This document shows, piece after piece, positions 9,193 through 19,170 of a DNA stretch of 42,587 bases (the first letter of the stretch is position 1; each line of letters begins with the position of its first letter). The translations under genes and the position numbers were made by a program. The stretch is from an uncultured Alistipes sp. (lineage in GTDB: Bacteria > Bacteroidota > Bacteroidia > Bacteroidales > Rikenellaceae): positions 1-42,587 of the forward strand of contig CAYUJP010000001.1 in assembly GCA_964445055.1 (NCBI GenBank), given 5' to 3'. Below the pieces are notes generated by a model. The model saw only the letters and a program-made list of their open reading frames with translations. It made no database searches and was not told where the DNA came from.

Positions 9193-11502
9193 TCAATAGT
9201 GAATTCCTCGCGGGCGGAACATCGCATAACCGAAGTTGAATGTCAGAAAGAGGTTATTCCAGTTGTCCACCCCATATTTGGTTAAAGATAGGCTTACAGG
9301 GCCTATGCCCGTGTGATACACAAGCGAACCATCGAGGACATAGCGCATACGGTCGGCACTTGCAGAGGTGCGCTCTCCATACATGATGTGCCCACTGAGT
9401 CGAAGGAAGAAACGGTCCGAGAAGTCGAAGGTGGGCATCACACTGGCTGCGACATAGCTACGTGCACGGTAGTCGGGCATGTAGACCGTCTGCGAATGAA
9501 GCGTTGGACGATAGTATGGCATTACCATGAGCGTCACCTTATCGTTTTCCAACATGGGCATGGTTGTCACCGTTGCCTCTGCTCCATAGCCCAACGAGAA
9601 CCACGAGGTACCGGGAATACGGAAATATTGCTCCCACTTGGCTCGAGCACCCCACCACGACACAGATTCAGCCACAGACGAGGTCAGGTGTTGATAGACC
9701 CCCGGATGAAACCGTTCGCGCCCATAGAGATAAATACCCGAGACCGACAACTCGCTACCATAGTGCGGAAAGACCGGTTTGTCCAATGTGCTGCACTTTA
9801 TCTCCAACTTGGGAGATACATAGCCCAATGTGGTGAGGTCCTCGTAGTCGCTCTCCTTATACACATCGTGTTCGAGACTGTAGTAGTAACGCTCCTGCCC
9901 TCCGTTTACACGCACTACCAAGGCACTGCGATGCGATAGCGGAAACCCTGCGCCCAACGAAACAAAACTCTCCAGAAACTTCATATACGTGGAGCTGGAC
10001 ACTGTCGTCAAGTTGCCGAAGTTACCGTTTTTGTGGTTTCGTGAGATGAGGTTGTAAGAGTAATCGACAAATAGGGGTTTCCTCAAGAAGAAGTCCGTGC
10101 GTCCTCCAACCATCACCGCCGACGAAATCGGGCCCAAGAAGACATGCGTATAATAACGATTGTCCGTGCGCCGAATGCGCCGATACTCCAACCCAATGTA
10201 GGCCTGATTGAAGGCTGTAGAGGAGATATTTCCCCCTATCATGACCTTATAGTCGGGCTTGGTTGTCAGCTTCAACTTGATTCCGAAGTACCTCGACAGC
10301 GAGTCGTAACGCATCTCAGGATACCCCGTAGTGTAATTTCCGTCGGCCAATACCGAGAAGTACTTATCGCGCAGACGCTCAAACGACAGCTCTTTGGGAG
10401 TGCCGTCGCTCAAATGGTCCAACTGCATACACTCTCTGACATAAGTGGTTTGCGAGGCGCTCAGCCCACTTATTTCGTAATCGTTAAACCGCAATAGCGG
10501 GCAACGCTCTTTGAATGCGATGCGTCTCCGAAGTATCTCTGCACGGGACATGCGACGCGGAATCGCCTGTTTCAGTGAATCCATCATCTCCATGGTATCG
10601 TCGTAGCCAGATTGCATGATAGATTCAGCCTGGGAGAAGTCAAGGGTCGACACATCGACGGCACGTTTTATCAGGGTGCTACGCCCCTCCGGCATATCGT
10701 AGTCGGTCTGCTCCATGGTGAGCATCCACACTTGGTCCATGATGCTATTGGCATTTGGCTCGGTGTTACCGGATGTACACTTGCTGCCAATCAAGTAGTC
10801 GGGATGATAGGTCTCATCCAACGACCGCCACGGAAAGTTATCGTAGATTCCACCATCGTACAGCAACATGGAGTCACGCTGTACCGGGCTGAATGCAAGT
10901 GGAATAGCCATTGATGCGCGCACAGCCTCCCCCAAATCGCCCGACTTCAACACATAGGGATGACGTTCCACCATGTCGCTGGCGACACAAAGAAAAGGAA
11001 TCATGAGATTCTCAAAATCGCCGCCCGCCACCACCGATGCCGGAGAGAGCAACTGCGACAATGCCAAATCGATTTGTGCCGACGAGATGAGATGTCCCGG
11101 GACGACCAGTCGTGTTCGTCCACCATTGGGGTTGTTGCTTCGGTCCTCGCGCAAATTCAGCCGCAACGTAAGAAACGAGGGTTGGTTCTGCATCTGCCGA
11201 TAGTAGGAGTCGTATCGAGGGTCTATCCGACCGGAAACCCACTCTTTGATTTGTCCCGTATTGACAATATCCCGCATCTCTTCGGGAGAGTACCCCGCAG
11301 CATAGAGCGATGCAATGATTGATCCCATGGAGGTTCCGGCAATGTAATCGATAGGGATGCCGTTCTCTTCGAGTGCTTCAATCACGCCAATGTGATAGAG
11401 ACCTTTTGCACCCCCTCCGCTTAGGACCAAACCGACACGTTGTGCCGATGCGTTCACGACGAAACACAAGCCCACAAGAAATGCAAAAAATCTGCGTAGC
11501 AT
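9193..11502 (-). CDS. Patatin-like phospholipase with probable C-terminal outer-membrane beta-barrel
   Basis: Signal peptide, GGGAKG oxyanion motif, GTSMG nucleophile and DGG. The C-terminal half has alternating aromatic beta-strands ending FLTFNFGY. Start at MLRRFF. Confidence 0.88.
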   Translation of the reverse strand: MLRRFFAFLVGLCFVVNASAQRVGLVLSGGGAKGLYHIGVIEALEENGIPIDYIAGTSMGSIIASLYAAGYSPEEMRDIVNTGQIKEWVSGRIDPRYDSYYRQMQNQPSFLTLRLNLREDRSNNPNGGRTRLVVPGHLISSAQIDLALSQLLSPASVVAGGDFENLMIPFLCVASDMVERHPYVLKSGDLGEAVRASMAIPLAFSPVQRDSMLLYDGGIYDNFPWRSLDETYHPDYLIGSKCTSGNTEPNANSIMDQVWMLTMEQTDYDMPEGRSTLIKRAVDVSTLDFSQAESIMQSGYDDTMEMMDSLKQAIPRRMSRAEILRRRIAFKERCPLLRFNDYEISGLSASQTTYVRECMQLDHLSDGTPKELSFERLRDKYFSVLADGNYTTGYPEMRYDSLSRYFGIKLKLTTKPDYKVMIGGNISSTAFNQAYIGLEYRRIRRTDNRYYTHVFLGPISSAVMVGGRTDFFLRKPLFVDYSYNLISRNHKNGNFGNLTTVSSSTYMKFLESFVSLGAGFPLSHRSALVVRVNGGQERYYYSLEHDVYKESDYEDLTTLGYVSPKLEIKCSTLDKPVFPHYGSELSVSGIYLYGRERFHPGVYQHLTSSVAESVSWWGARAKWEQYFRIPGTSWFSLGYGAEATVTTMPMLENDKVTLMVMPYYRPTLHSQTVYMPDYRARSYVAASVMPTFDFSDRFFLRLSGHIMYGERTSASADRMRYVLDGSLVYHTGIGPVSLSLTKYGVDNWNNLFLTFNFGYAMFRPRGIHY

Positions 11503-11518
11503 AATAGCAAAAAATTTA

Positions 11519-11526
11519 TAACTTTG
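11519..11526 (+). promoter_or_regulatory. -7 promoter element (TAACTTTG) for the pheS operon
   Basis: TAnnTTTG match about 50 nt upstream of the pheS ATG. Confidence 0.65.
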
Positions 11527-11575
11527 CACGTTATATAGCGTATAAAAGTAGAGAAAAAGTATAAAATTGCAAAAT

Positions 11576-12604
11576 ATGACTGGCAAAATTGAAGATCTTC
11601 GTCGTCGAATAGAATCATTTCGTCCTCAGGCGGCAAGCGAGGTCGAGGAGTTTCGAATCAAGGTCCTCGGCAAGAAGGGAGAACTAACCGCTCTGATGGA
11701 GGAGTTCAAGAGTGTAGCCCCCGAATTGAAGCGCGAATTGGGACAAAAACTCAACGCTCTTAAGCAGGCAGCCGTCGAGCGTATCAACACCTTACGTACC
11801 GAGTTAGAGTGTGCCACAGCACAGCAGGCCGTAGCGATTGGAGACAAGACGCGCCCGGGCTCTGCCGACCAATTGGGTTCTCGCCACCCTATTTCGCTGG
11901 TCAAAAATCAGATTGTTGACATCTTCTCGCGTTTGGGCTACACCGTTGCCGATGGACCCGAGATAGAGGACGATTGGCATGTGTTCTCAGCGCTAAACTT
12001 TCCACCGGAGCACCCTGCACGCGACATGCAGGACACCTTCTTCATTGAGAAGAATCCAGATATTCTGCTACGCACCCACACATCGTCTATCCAGGTGCGC
12101 ATCATGGAGCATCGTAAGCCCCCCATTCGCGTCATCTGTCCGGGACGTGTCTTCCGCAACGAGGCTATCTCCTATCGTGCGCACTGCATCTTCCACCAAA
12201 TAGAGGGTCTCTACGTCGACGAAGGGGTATCCTTTGCCGATTTGAAGCAGTCGCTCCTCTTCTTCGCCAAGGAACTTTTTGGCGAACAGGCCGTCATCCG
12301 CATGCGTCCCTCCTACTTCCCCTTCACAGAGCCTTCGGCCGAAGTGGATGTATCGTGTAACCTATGTGGGGGAAAGGGATGTCCCGTCTGCAAAGGAACC
12401 GGTTGGTTGGAGATTCTGGGATGCGGCATGGTTGATCCCAATGTTCTGGAGGCCAACGGCATTGATTCGAGAAAATACTCCGGATTTGCTTTCGGTATGG
12501 GTATAGAGCGTATTGCCATGCTCAAGTATGGTGTCGGTGACCTACGTCTCTACTTCGAGAACGACGTACGATTCCTACATCAGTTCGACACTGCATTAGA
12601 TTAA
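11576..12604 (+). CDS. pheS: Phenylalanine--tRNA ligase alpha subunit
   Basis: HPARDMQDTF, LRTHTS, FHQIEGL, YFPFTEPS and FAFGMGIER motifs. Confidence 0.97.
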   Translation: MTGKIEDLRRRIESFRPQAASEVEEFRIKVLGKKGELTALMEEFKSVAPELKRELGQKLNALKQAAVERINTLRTELECATAQQAVAIGDKTRPGSADQLGSRHPISLVKNQIVDIFSRLGYTVADGPEIEDDWHVFSALNFPPEHPARDMQDTFFIEKNPDILLRTHTSSIQVRIMEHRKPPIRVICPGRVFRNEAISYRAHCIFHQIEGLYVDEGVSFADLKQSLLFFAKELFGEQAVIRMRPSYFPFTEPSAEVDVSCNLCGGKGCPVCKGTGWLEILGCGMVDPNVLEANGIDSRKYSGFAFGMGIERIAMLKYGVGDLRLYFENDVRFLHQFDTALD

Positions 12605-12687
12605 TCGTGTCGATAGGGTGTGTAGCCTTGCTCCCAACATTCAGAAATACGAATCTCGGTCGTTGGACCGTTAGGTGTAAAAAAACG

Positions 12688-14469
12688 ATGCGCAAAATAA
12701 CCCTCTTACTGTTGCTTTGTATCCTCTTTTGTGGCGCTTTCGCACGAAAGGTAGGAGGTGTTATGCATCCATCATCAGCCTACGACTCCCTTCACGAAAG
12801 AGATGTATTCTTCGCTGAAGGGATAAAGCAAGCCTACATCAGACGCAATACCACAGCTGCCAAAGCAGCCTTCGAAAAGGCTGCGCAAAGTGACTCGACC
12901 TATGGGCCTGCATGGTACGAACTCTCGTGCTTGACGAGCACATCCAGTCCGTCGAAATCATTGCGATATGCCCAACGAGCCTATCTTACAGATAGTTCGG
13001 AGAAGTGGTATTTGCTCCGTTTAGGACAAGCTCAGATTGGTGAGGAGCGCTATCGCGATGCCATACACTCCTACACGCGGTTGCAGACGATGGATGCCTA
13101 CGATCCTGACATCTATCGCATTTTGTCGCTTCTCTACGAGCAGGAAGAGCAACCTTTCTCGGCAATTGCCGTACTCGACTCCGCTGAGATTCGGATTGGA
13201 CACGTCGAGGAGCTGACCCGAATGAAATTTCGGTTGCTGGTAAATACCCGACAATACGACCGTGCAACAGCCGAGGCGCATGAGCTCATCGAAGCTACCC
13301 CCTACGATGCAACAAACCACTTGATGCTGGCCGACCTCTATGCACGACAACACAAGGACTCCTTAGCAAAGCAGTGCTACGACGATGCCTTTCGCATCGA
13401 CTCTACCGACCTGGCAACCCTATCGGCATGTGCCGACTACTACAACGAGCAACACGACTATCGCAAGTCTCTTTTTTACGTTCGTCGCATGTTCGACAAT
13501 GCCGATATGGAGTTGGCTGATAAACTCAGCTACTACGACCGGATTGTCAGTGACAAAAATTTCTACACCGACTACTATCTGCAGGTCAACGACCTTGCCT
13601 CGACTCTCGCGCTACGCTATCCGCAAGATTCTCGTGTGGTGAATCGCTACGCTCGCCATCTCATCTACTCCGGGATGCTGGACGATGCTCTTGCCTACTA
13701 CAAGACACATCTCGACGATTCGCCGACACAGATTGGCTACTACAACGAGGTGATTGCCATCGAGAACTACTTGGACCGACCCGATTCGGTTGCACACTAC
13801 CTCTCTCGTGCCATGGAGATTTTCCCATACGATGTGGGGCTTCGACTGCAGAAGGGTCATTTGCTCTATTTCGCCGAACAATACGAGCAGGCACAAGCCA
13901 TCTACCACGAGACTTTGCGCACGATAGATTGTCCCGATTCCACACGTAGCGTAATTTGGTGTATCATAGGCGACACCTATGCACAGATGGCCGAGCAACA
14001 AGAGAAATCGGATGCACCCAAACGAGTTGCATCATATACACGTCAATGCTTGGATGCATACAAACGCGCCGTACGCTACGACGAGAACAACGCCAATGCA
14101 CTGAATAACTACGCCTATCGTCTCTCTCTCTTGGGGGAGAATTTAGAACAAGCCCTGAAGATGTCCTCACGAGCCAACGACTTGGAGCGGTCAAATCCGA
14201 CCTACCTCGATACGCAAGCTTGGGTGCTATATCGTTTGGGGCTATATGCCGAAGCCAAACGATACATGCAGCAGGCACTGTCGTTGAGTCGGTCGGATAG
14301 TGCTGTCTTATGGTTACATTATGGCGATATTCTGATTGCTCTCGATGAGAAATTTATGGCAGAAATCTATTGGAAGAAGGCTCTTGAAGGGGGATACGAA
14401 GACCCGGATGCCATTGTCGAACGAATTCAACGACTTCGGGGGAACCAGACTGCAACACCACAAAAATGA
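12688..14469 (+). CDS. Exported tetratricopeptide-repeat protein
   Basis: Signal peptide MRKITLLLLLC, multiple TPRs, and C-terminal ALNNYAY...YLDTQAWVLY...HYGDIL. Confidence 0.88.
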   Translation: MRKITLLLLLCILFCGAFARKVGGVMHPSSAYDSLHERDVFFAEGIKQAYIRRNTTAAKAAFEKAAQSDSTYGPAWYELSCLTSTSSPSKSLRYAQRAYLTDSSEKWYLLRLGQAQIGEERYRDAIHSYTRLQTMDAYDPDIYRILSLLYEQEEQPFSAIAVLDSAEIRIGHVEELTRMKFRLLVNTRQYDRATAEAHELIEATPYDATNHLMLADLYARQHKDSLAKQCYDDAFRIDSTDLATLSACADYYNEQHDYRKSLFYVRRMFDNADMELADKLSYYDRIVSDKNFYTDYYLQVNDLASTLALRYPQDSRVVNRYARHLIYSGMLDDALAYYKTHLDDSPTQIGYYNEVIAIENYLDRPDSVAHYLSRAMEIFPYDVGLRLQKGHLLYFAEQYEQAQAIYHETLRTIDCPDSTRSVIWCIIGDTYAQMAEQQEKSDAPKRVASYTRQCLDAYKRAVRYDENNANALNNYAYRLSLLGENLEQALKMSSRANDLERSNPTYLDTQAWVLYRLGLYAEAKRYMQQALSLSRSDSAVLWLHYGDILIALDEKFMAEIYWKKALEGGYEDPDAIVERIQRLRGNQTATPQK

Positions 14470-15593
14470 GATTTCAAACCTACATATTGCTCCTGCTCGC
14501 ATGCCTATCGATGGATGCCTCTGCTCAAGGGAACTTGCAGCAAAGCATCGATGCGAAACGCCACACCATCAAAGCAATTGAACAAGAGATAGCGCAAACC
14601 GAGAAGGGGTTGGCATCTATCAAAAAGGAGAAGGCCAAGAAACAAGAATACGTAAAACAGTTAGCTTCCCAGATAGCCTCCCGGAAGCAACTCATCGACC
14701 ATACGGAGGACCAGCTAAGACTGCTTGCACGCCAATTGGCACAAAGCGACAGCACGGCAACCGTCCTGAGCGATAAGTTGACTTGTTATCGCGAACAATA
14801 TGCCGCTATGGTACGCGAAGCCTATCGGAATTATCATCAAAACAGCTATATTTCCTATCTATTCTCCTCGAAAGACTTTAGCGAAGTGGCGCGACGCATT
14901 GCCAACATACGCGGCGTAGCAAAGATGCGTGAGACTAAGATGCACGACATCATGAGGCTTCGCACCGAGGTGGCACAACGCCAAGCCGAACTCGGACTGC
15001 AAAAGCAGTCACTCGACTCAACGCGCCGGAAACTTGCGACTCAACAAAAACGTTTCGAGAACGATCGGAGTGAAGCAAAAAAGAGCCTTCAGCAGATGAC
15101 TGCCAAGGAGAAGGAGGCCTTGCAAAATAACGAGGATTTGAGGCGACGACTCAATGCCGCTGTTTCCGAACTGCGCAAACTCACGAAGGGCAACAAGACA
15201 GGTGCCTCTTTCGCCACACACGCCTCACATCTGAATCTGCCTGTTGTCGGAGGGTCGGTAAAACGTTATCGCGACAATATGGCCGAGATTGTGGGCCCAC
15301 TGGGGGCATCCATCATCGCCATCTACGAAGGCAAGGTGGTCGATGTGAAGCGCAACCGCATCACGGGGCGTTATGATGTCTACATCGCGCATGGTGAATA
15401 TATCACCTCATACGCGAACCTCAGTAACGCTACCGTAAAAAAAGGTGACACCGTAAACAAGAATAGCAAGATTGGAGTTATCGGCTCGGCTGTCGACCTG
15501 CAAACCCTAAAGGCCGAATATCGTATGGTATTCGGCATCTATCCACCGGCAGGAGGTAAAGCCATGCGAGCTGCCGACTGCTTCCGAAAATAG
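14466..15593 (+). CDS. EnvC-like murein hydrolase activator (coiled coil plus degenerate M23/LytM domain)
   Basis: Signal peptide, long coiled coil, and C-terminal LPVVGG...AIYEGKV...HGEYITSYANL...VKKGDTV lacking the HxxxD/HxH zinc ligands. Confidence 0.85.
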   Translation: MRFQTYILLLLACLSMDASAQGNLQQSIDAKRHTIKAIEQEIAQTEKGLASIKKEKAKKQEYVKQLASQIASRKQLIDHTEDQLRLLARQLAQSDSTATVLSDKLTCYREQYAAMVREAYRNYHQNSYISYLFSSKDFSEVARRIANIRGVAKMRETKMHDIMRLRTEVAQRQAELGLQKQSLDSTRRKLATQQKRFENDRSEAKKSLQQMTAKEKEALQNNEDLRRRLNAAVSELRKLTKGNKTGASFATHASHLNLPVVGGSVKRYRDNMAEIVGPLGASIIAIYEGKVVDVKRNRITGRYDVYIAHGEYITSYANLSNATVKKGDTVNKNSKIGVIGSAVDLQTLKAEYRMVFGIYPPAGGKAMRAADCFRK

Positions 15594-15609
15594 TTAAATT
15601 CGTTACGAA

Positions 15610-16041
15610 ATGGCTATACGATACAACAACGAAGATTGCACCTATCGACTTCCGCAAAAGAGAAAGACCACCGCTTGGCTCCGCCGAGTTGCAGAAGCCG
15701 AGGGCTATCGTATCACCGAAATTAATTATATCTTTTGCTCGGCGCAGTATCTGCTCGAGATGAATCGGCAGTATCTGGGTCATGATTACTACACCGATGT
15801 CATCACCTTCGATTATAGTGATTTGAAGGGGGAAAAGATTGTGTCGGGCGACATCTTCATTGATGTAGAGACCGTCCGCGACAATGCTCGCATCTACCAT
15901 GCCACCTCTCTTCAAGAGATGCGTCGTGTCGTTGTACACGGCTTACTGCACTTGTGCGGACAAGGAGACAAAACGCCTCGAACAAACAAGCAGATGCATG
16001 GCAAGGAGGATAAATACCTTGCTCTTTGGGAAGAAGAGTAA
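15610..16041 (+). CDS. ybeY: rRNA maturation endoribonuclease YbeY
   Basis: TDVITF, GDIFI and HGLLHLCG motifs. Confidence 0.95.
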   Translation: MAIRYNNEDCTYRLPQKRKTTAWLRRVAEAEGYRITEINYIFCSAQYLLEMNRQYLGHDYYTDVITFDYSDLKGEKIVSGDIFIDVETVRDNARIYHATSLQEMRRVVVHGLLHLCGQGDKTPRTNKQMHGKEDKYLALWEEE

Positions 16042-16154
16042 CCACTCGTTGCTCGTTTGTCTCTCTTGAAGAAGAGGCAAACGACAATACGCCAATTTCT
16101 CTATCTATTATTGAGAGGGTTGGCCAAACAAAGGTTCGTTGAAACACTACAGAG

Positions 16155-18038
16155 ATGACACTCAACTACGATATTATCGTCATCGGCGGAGGACACGCCG
16201 GATGCGAAGCAGCATCAGCTGCTGCTCGCATGGGGTCTCGCACCCTATTGTTAACCATGGATATGACCAAGTTGGCAAGCATGTCGTGTAATCCTGCTGT
16301 CGGAGGTGTAGCCAAAGGGCAGATTGTCCGTGAAATCGATGCTCTGGGAGGGCGTATGGCCCGCATTACCGACCGCACCACATTACAATTTCGCATGCTC
16401 AACCGTTCGAAGGGGGCGGCCATGTGGAGTCCACGCGCGCAATGCGATAAAGCGCGTTTTTCGGCCGAATGGCGCCATGAATTGGAGAACACGACCAACT
16501 TGTCCATTTGGCAAGACACTGCGTCAGAATTGTTGTTTTGCACCGTTAACGGGAAGCCTCAAGTTCAGGGAGTGCGCACACGCATGGGAGTCGTTATCTG
16601 TGCTCGTGCAATTGTACTTACCGCAGGAACGTTCTTAGGTGGATTGATGCACTGTGGAGCCTCTCACGCATCGGGAGGTCGTGCGGGCGATCCTGCCTCG
16701 TTCGGTGTTACCGAATCACTTAAAGCGATGGGGTTCGAAACCGACCGTATGAAGACAGGTACACCGGCTCGATTGGATGCTCGTACCATCAACTTTGAAG
16801 CCATGGAGCCACAATATGGCGATGAAAATCCGAGTAAGTTTTCATTTTCCGCTGATACTCAATGCGTTAAGTATCAGCTTCCCTGTTTTCTAACCTATAC
16901 CAATCCACAAGTACACGACATTTTGCGCAGTGGATTTGCTGAGTCACCGCTATTTAACGGGACCATCAAAGGGAAAGGGCCTCGCTATTGCCCCTCCATC
17001 GAGGATAAACTTCGTACATTTGCAGATAAAGAACAACATCAGCTCTTCCTTGAACCTGAAGGAGAGCATACAAATGAGTACTATCTAAACGGATTCTCTT
17101 CATCGCTACCTTGGGAGATTCAATACACGGCCTTGCGCCAAATTCGAGGATTAGAGGATGTTGAGATTTACCGACCCGGATACGCCATCGAATACGACTA
17201 TTTCCCACCCACACAATTGCACCACACGCTCGAGACAAAGCGAGTAGATGGGCTCTATTTTGCGGGACAGATCAATGGTACTACCGGATATGAGGAGGCG
17301 GCGGCCCAAGGATTGATGGCGGGTATCAATGCCCATTGCAAACTCAAGGGGGATTCGCCCCTTATACTGCAACGCGATGAAGCTTACATCGGAGTTCTCA
17401 TTGATGACCTTGTAACCAAAGGAGTCGACGAACCCTACCGCATGTTTACATCGCGTGCAGAGTATCGAATTCTGCTCCGACAAGACAATGCCGATCTCCG
17501 TCTCACTCCTATCGGATACAAAATCGGGTTAATTTCTGCGAAAAAGTATGCCGATTTCTGCAAAAAAAAGGAGAATATAGAATCGCTTATTTCGTACACA
17601 CATCAGACAAGTGTACGAATAGACGTATTAGAAAGCTATTTAGAAACTGTAAAATCGGAGCCTCTAAAACAGGGGAAAAAGCTATACGAGTTGTTACTTC
17701 GCAACGAAATCTCCTTTCGTTCGCTTAGCGAGGCATTTAATCCATTGGCAAAATTCATCCGCAAAAACGAGATTACAGAGACCGAATTAGAGGAAGCTGA
17801 GATACAAATCAAATACAATGGATATATTCAACGCGAAAAATTCATTGCAGAGAAGCTGCATCGGTTGGAAAATATCACTATTCCGGAAGATATCGACTAT
17901 CACGCGATTCAATCGCTCACCATCGAGGCCCGTCAGAAGCTCAGCAAAATCGCGCCAAAAACAATTGGTCAAGCTTCGAGAATACCGGGCGTATCGCCCG
18001 CCGACATCAATGTGCTGTTAGTAAAGTTTGGCAGATAG
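16155..18038 (+). CDS. mnmG: tRNA uridine-5-carboxymethylaminomethyl modification enzyme MnmG/GidA
   Basis: [45 protein letters not shown] and [11 protein letters not shown] motifs. Confidence 0.98.
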   Translation: MTLNYDIIVIGGGHAGCEAASAAARMGSRTLLLTMDMTKLASMSCNPAVGGVAKGQIVREIDALGGRMARITDRTTLQFRMLNRSKGAAMWSPRAQCDKARFSAEWRHELENTTNLSIWQDTASELLFCTVNGKPQVQGVRTRMGVVICARAIVLTAGTFLGGLMHCGASHASGGRAGDPASFGVTESLKAMGFETDRMKTGTPARLDARTINFEAMEPQYGDENPSKFSFSADTQCVKYQLPCFLTYTNPQVHDILRSGFAESPLFNGTIKGKGPRYCPSIEDKLRTFADKEQHQLFLEPEGEHTNEYYLNGFSSSLPWEIQYTALRQIRGLEDVEIYRPGYAIEYDYFPPTQLHHTLETKRVDGLYFAGQINGTTGYEEAAAQGLMAGINAHCKLKGDSPLILQRDEAYIGVLIDDLVTKGVDEPYRMFTSRAEYRILLRQDNADLRLTPIGYKIGLISAKKYADFCKKKENIESLISYTHQTSVRIDVLESYLETVKSEPLKQGKKLYELLLRNEISFRSLSEAFNPLAKFIRKNEITETELEEAEIQIKYNGYIQREKFIAEKLHRLENITIPEDIDYHAIQSLTIEARQKLSKIAPKTIGQASRIPGVSPADINVLLVKFGR

Positions 18039-18045
18039 CAACACT

Positions 18046-18061
18046 TGTTCCACGTGGAACA
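18046..18061. promoter_or_regulatory. parS centromere-like site (perfect)
   Basis: TGTTCCACGTGGAACA is an exact palindromic match to the widespread parS consensus, 7 nt after the mnmG stop. Confidence 0.92.
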
Positions 18062-18079
18062 GACCTTAGTTAGAAGTAA

Positions 18080-18127
18080 TAATAAACGGAGAAGAGTCTT
18101 ATATTAAGAACCCTCCTCCGTTTATTA
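18080..18127. terminator. Terminator between convergent mnmG and ilvE
   Basis: TAATAAACGGAG ... CTCCGTTTATTA outer stem with an imperfect inner stem. Confidence 0.75.
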
Positions 18128-18142
18128 GTTAACTAACAGATA

Positions 18143-19156
18143 CTACTCCACTACAACCGTCCATCCGTAGGGATCTTCGCAACGGCCATACTGAATATCG
18201 CGCAACTTATTATACATCTTCATGCAACGTTCACCCGGAGCATTGTCATAGTGCCACTCCTTGCCCGTCTCCTTGTCATAGATGTAACCAATGGGGGAGA
18301 TTACAGCGGCTGTACCGCACGCAGCGCACTCCTCAAAAGAACCGAGTTCATCGACAGATATCGGACGTTGTTCAACTTTTAGTCCCATATCCTCTGCCAA
18401 CTGACGAAGGCTCAAATTGGTAATCGAAGGGAGAATCGAACGGGACTTTGGCGTAACATAGGTATTATCTTTTATGCCAAAGAAATTTGCTGCGCCACAC
18501 TCTTCGATATACTTTCGTTCTACCGCATCAAGGAACATAGAATTTGCATATCCCAATTCGTTAGCCAACTCTCCTGCCTCCAGACTCGCGGCATAATTTC
18601 CACCGCACTTGATATCTCCTGTTCCACGTGGAGCAGCACGGTCATAATCGGGATTGATGATAACTCGTATAGGTTTGATACCCTCCTTAAAATAGGCGCC
18701 TACCGGAGAGACAAATATACATGTCAGGAACTCCTTAGCCGGATGGACACCCAAGAAGGCCCCAACGCCTATTTCGAAGGGACGCAAGTAGAGAGAGGCC
18801 TCTGTTCCATAAGGCGGTACGAATTTACGATTCGCAGCAACGACCTCTTTGCACATGTCGACAAATGTCTGAACAGGCAATTCCGCCATACACAACTTAC
18901 GAGCCGATGAAGCAAATCGTTTTGCATTCTCATCAGGACGAAACAAACGAATCTTTCCATCGACACCACAAAATGCCTTTAATCCCTCAAATGCCTCCAC
19001 ACCATAGTGAAGACATGGGGCAGACATATGAATATTAACATATTCATCATCCGTAAGTTGCGGCTTGCTCCAAGCGCCGTTCTTGTAAGAAGTACGGATA
19101 TTATAATCCGTTTTCAGATAATTAAATGGCAAAGATGCCCAGTCAATATTTTCCAT
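18143..19156 (-). CDS. ilvE: Branched-chain amino acid aminotransferase
   Basis: LHYGVEAFEGLKA, LYLRP, KCGGNYAAS, EECGAANFF, ILPSIT and GTAAVISP motifs. Start at MENIDW. Confidence 0.95.
   Translation of the reverse strand: MENIDWASLPFNYLKTDYNIRTSYKNGAWSKPQLTDDEYVNIHMSAPCLHYGVEAFEGLKAFCGVDGKIRLFRPDENAKRFASSARKLCMAELPVQTFVDMCKEVVAANRKFVPPYGTEASLYLRPFEIGVGAFLGVHPAKEFLTCIFVSPVGAYFKEGIKPIRVIINPDYDRAAPRGTGDIKCGGNYAASLEAGELANELGYANSMFLDAVERKYIEECGAANFFGIKDNTYVTPKSRSILPSITNLSLRQLAEDMGLKVEQRPISVDELGSFEECAACGTAAVISPIGYIYDKETGKEWHYDNAPGERCMKMYNKLRDIQYGRCEDPYGWTVVVE
18620..18635. promoter_or_regulatory. Second parS-like site inside ilvE (1 mismatch)
   Basis: TGTTCCACGTGGAGCA, about 570 bp from the perfect site. 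Confidence 0.6.
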
Positions 19157-19170
19157 TTTGAAAAACAAAA

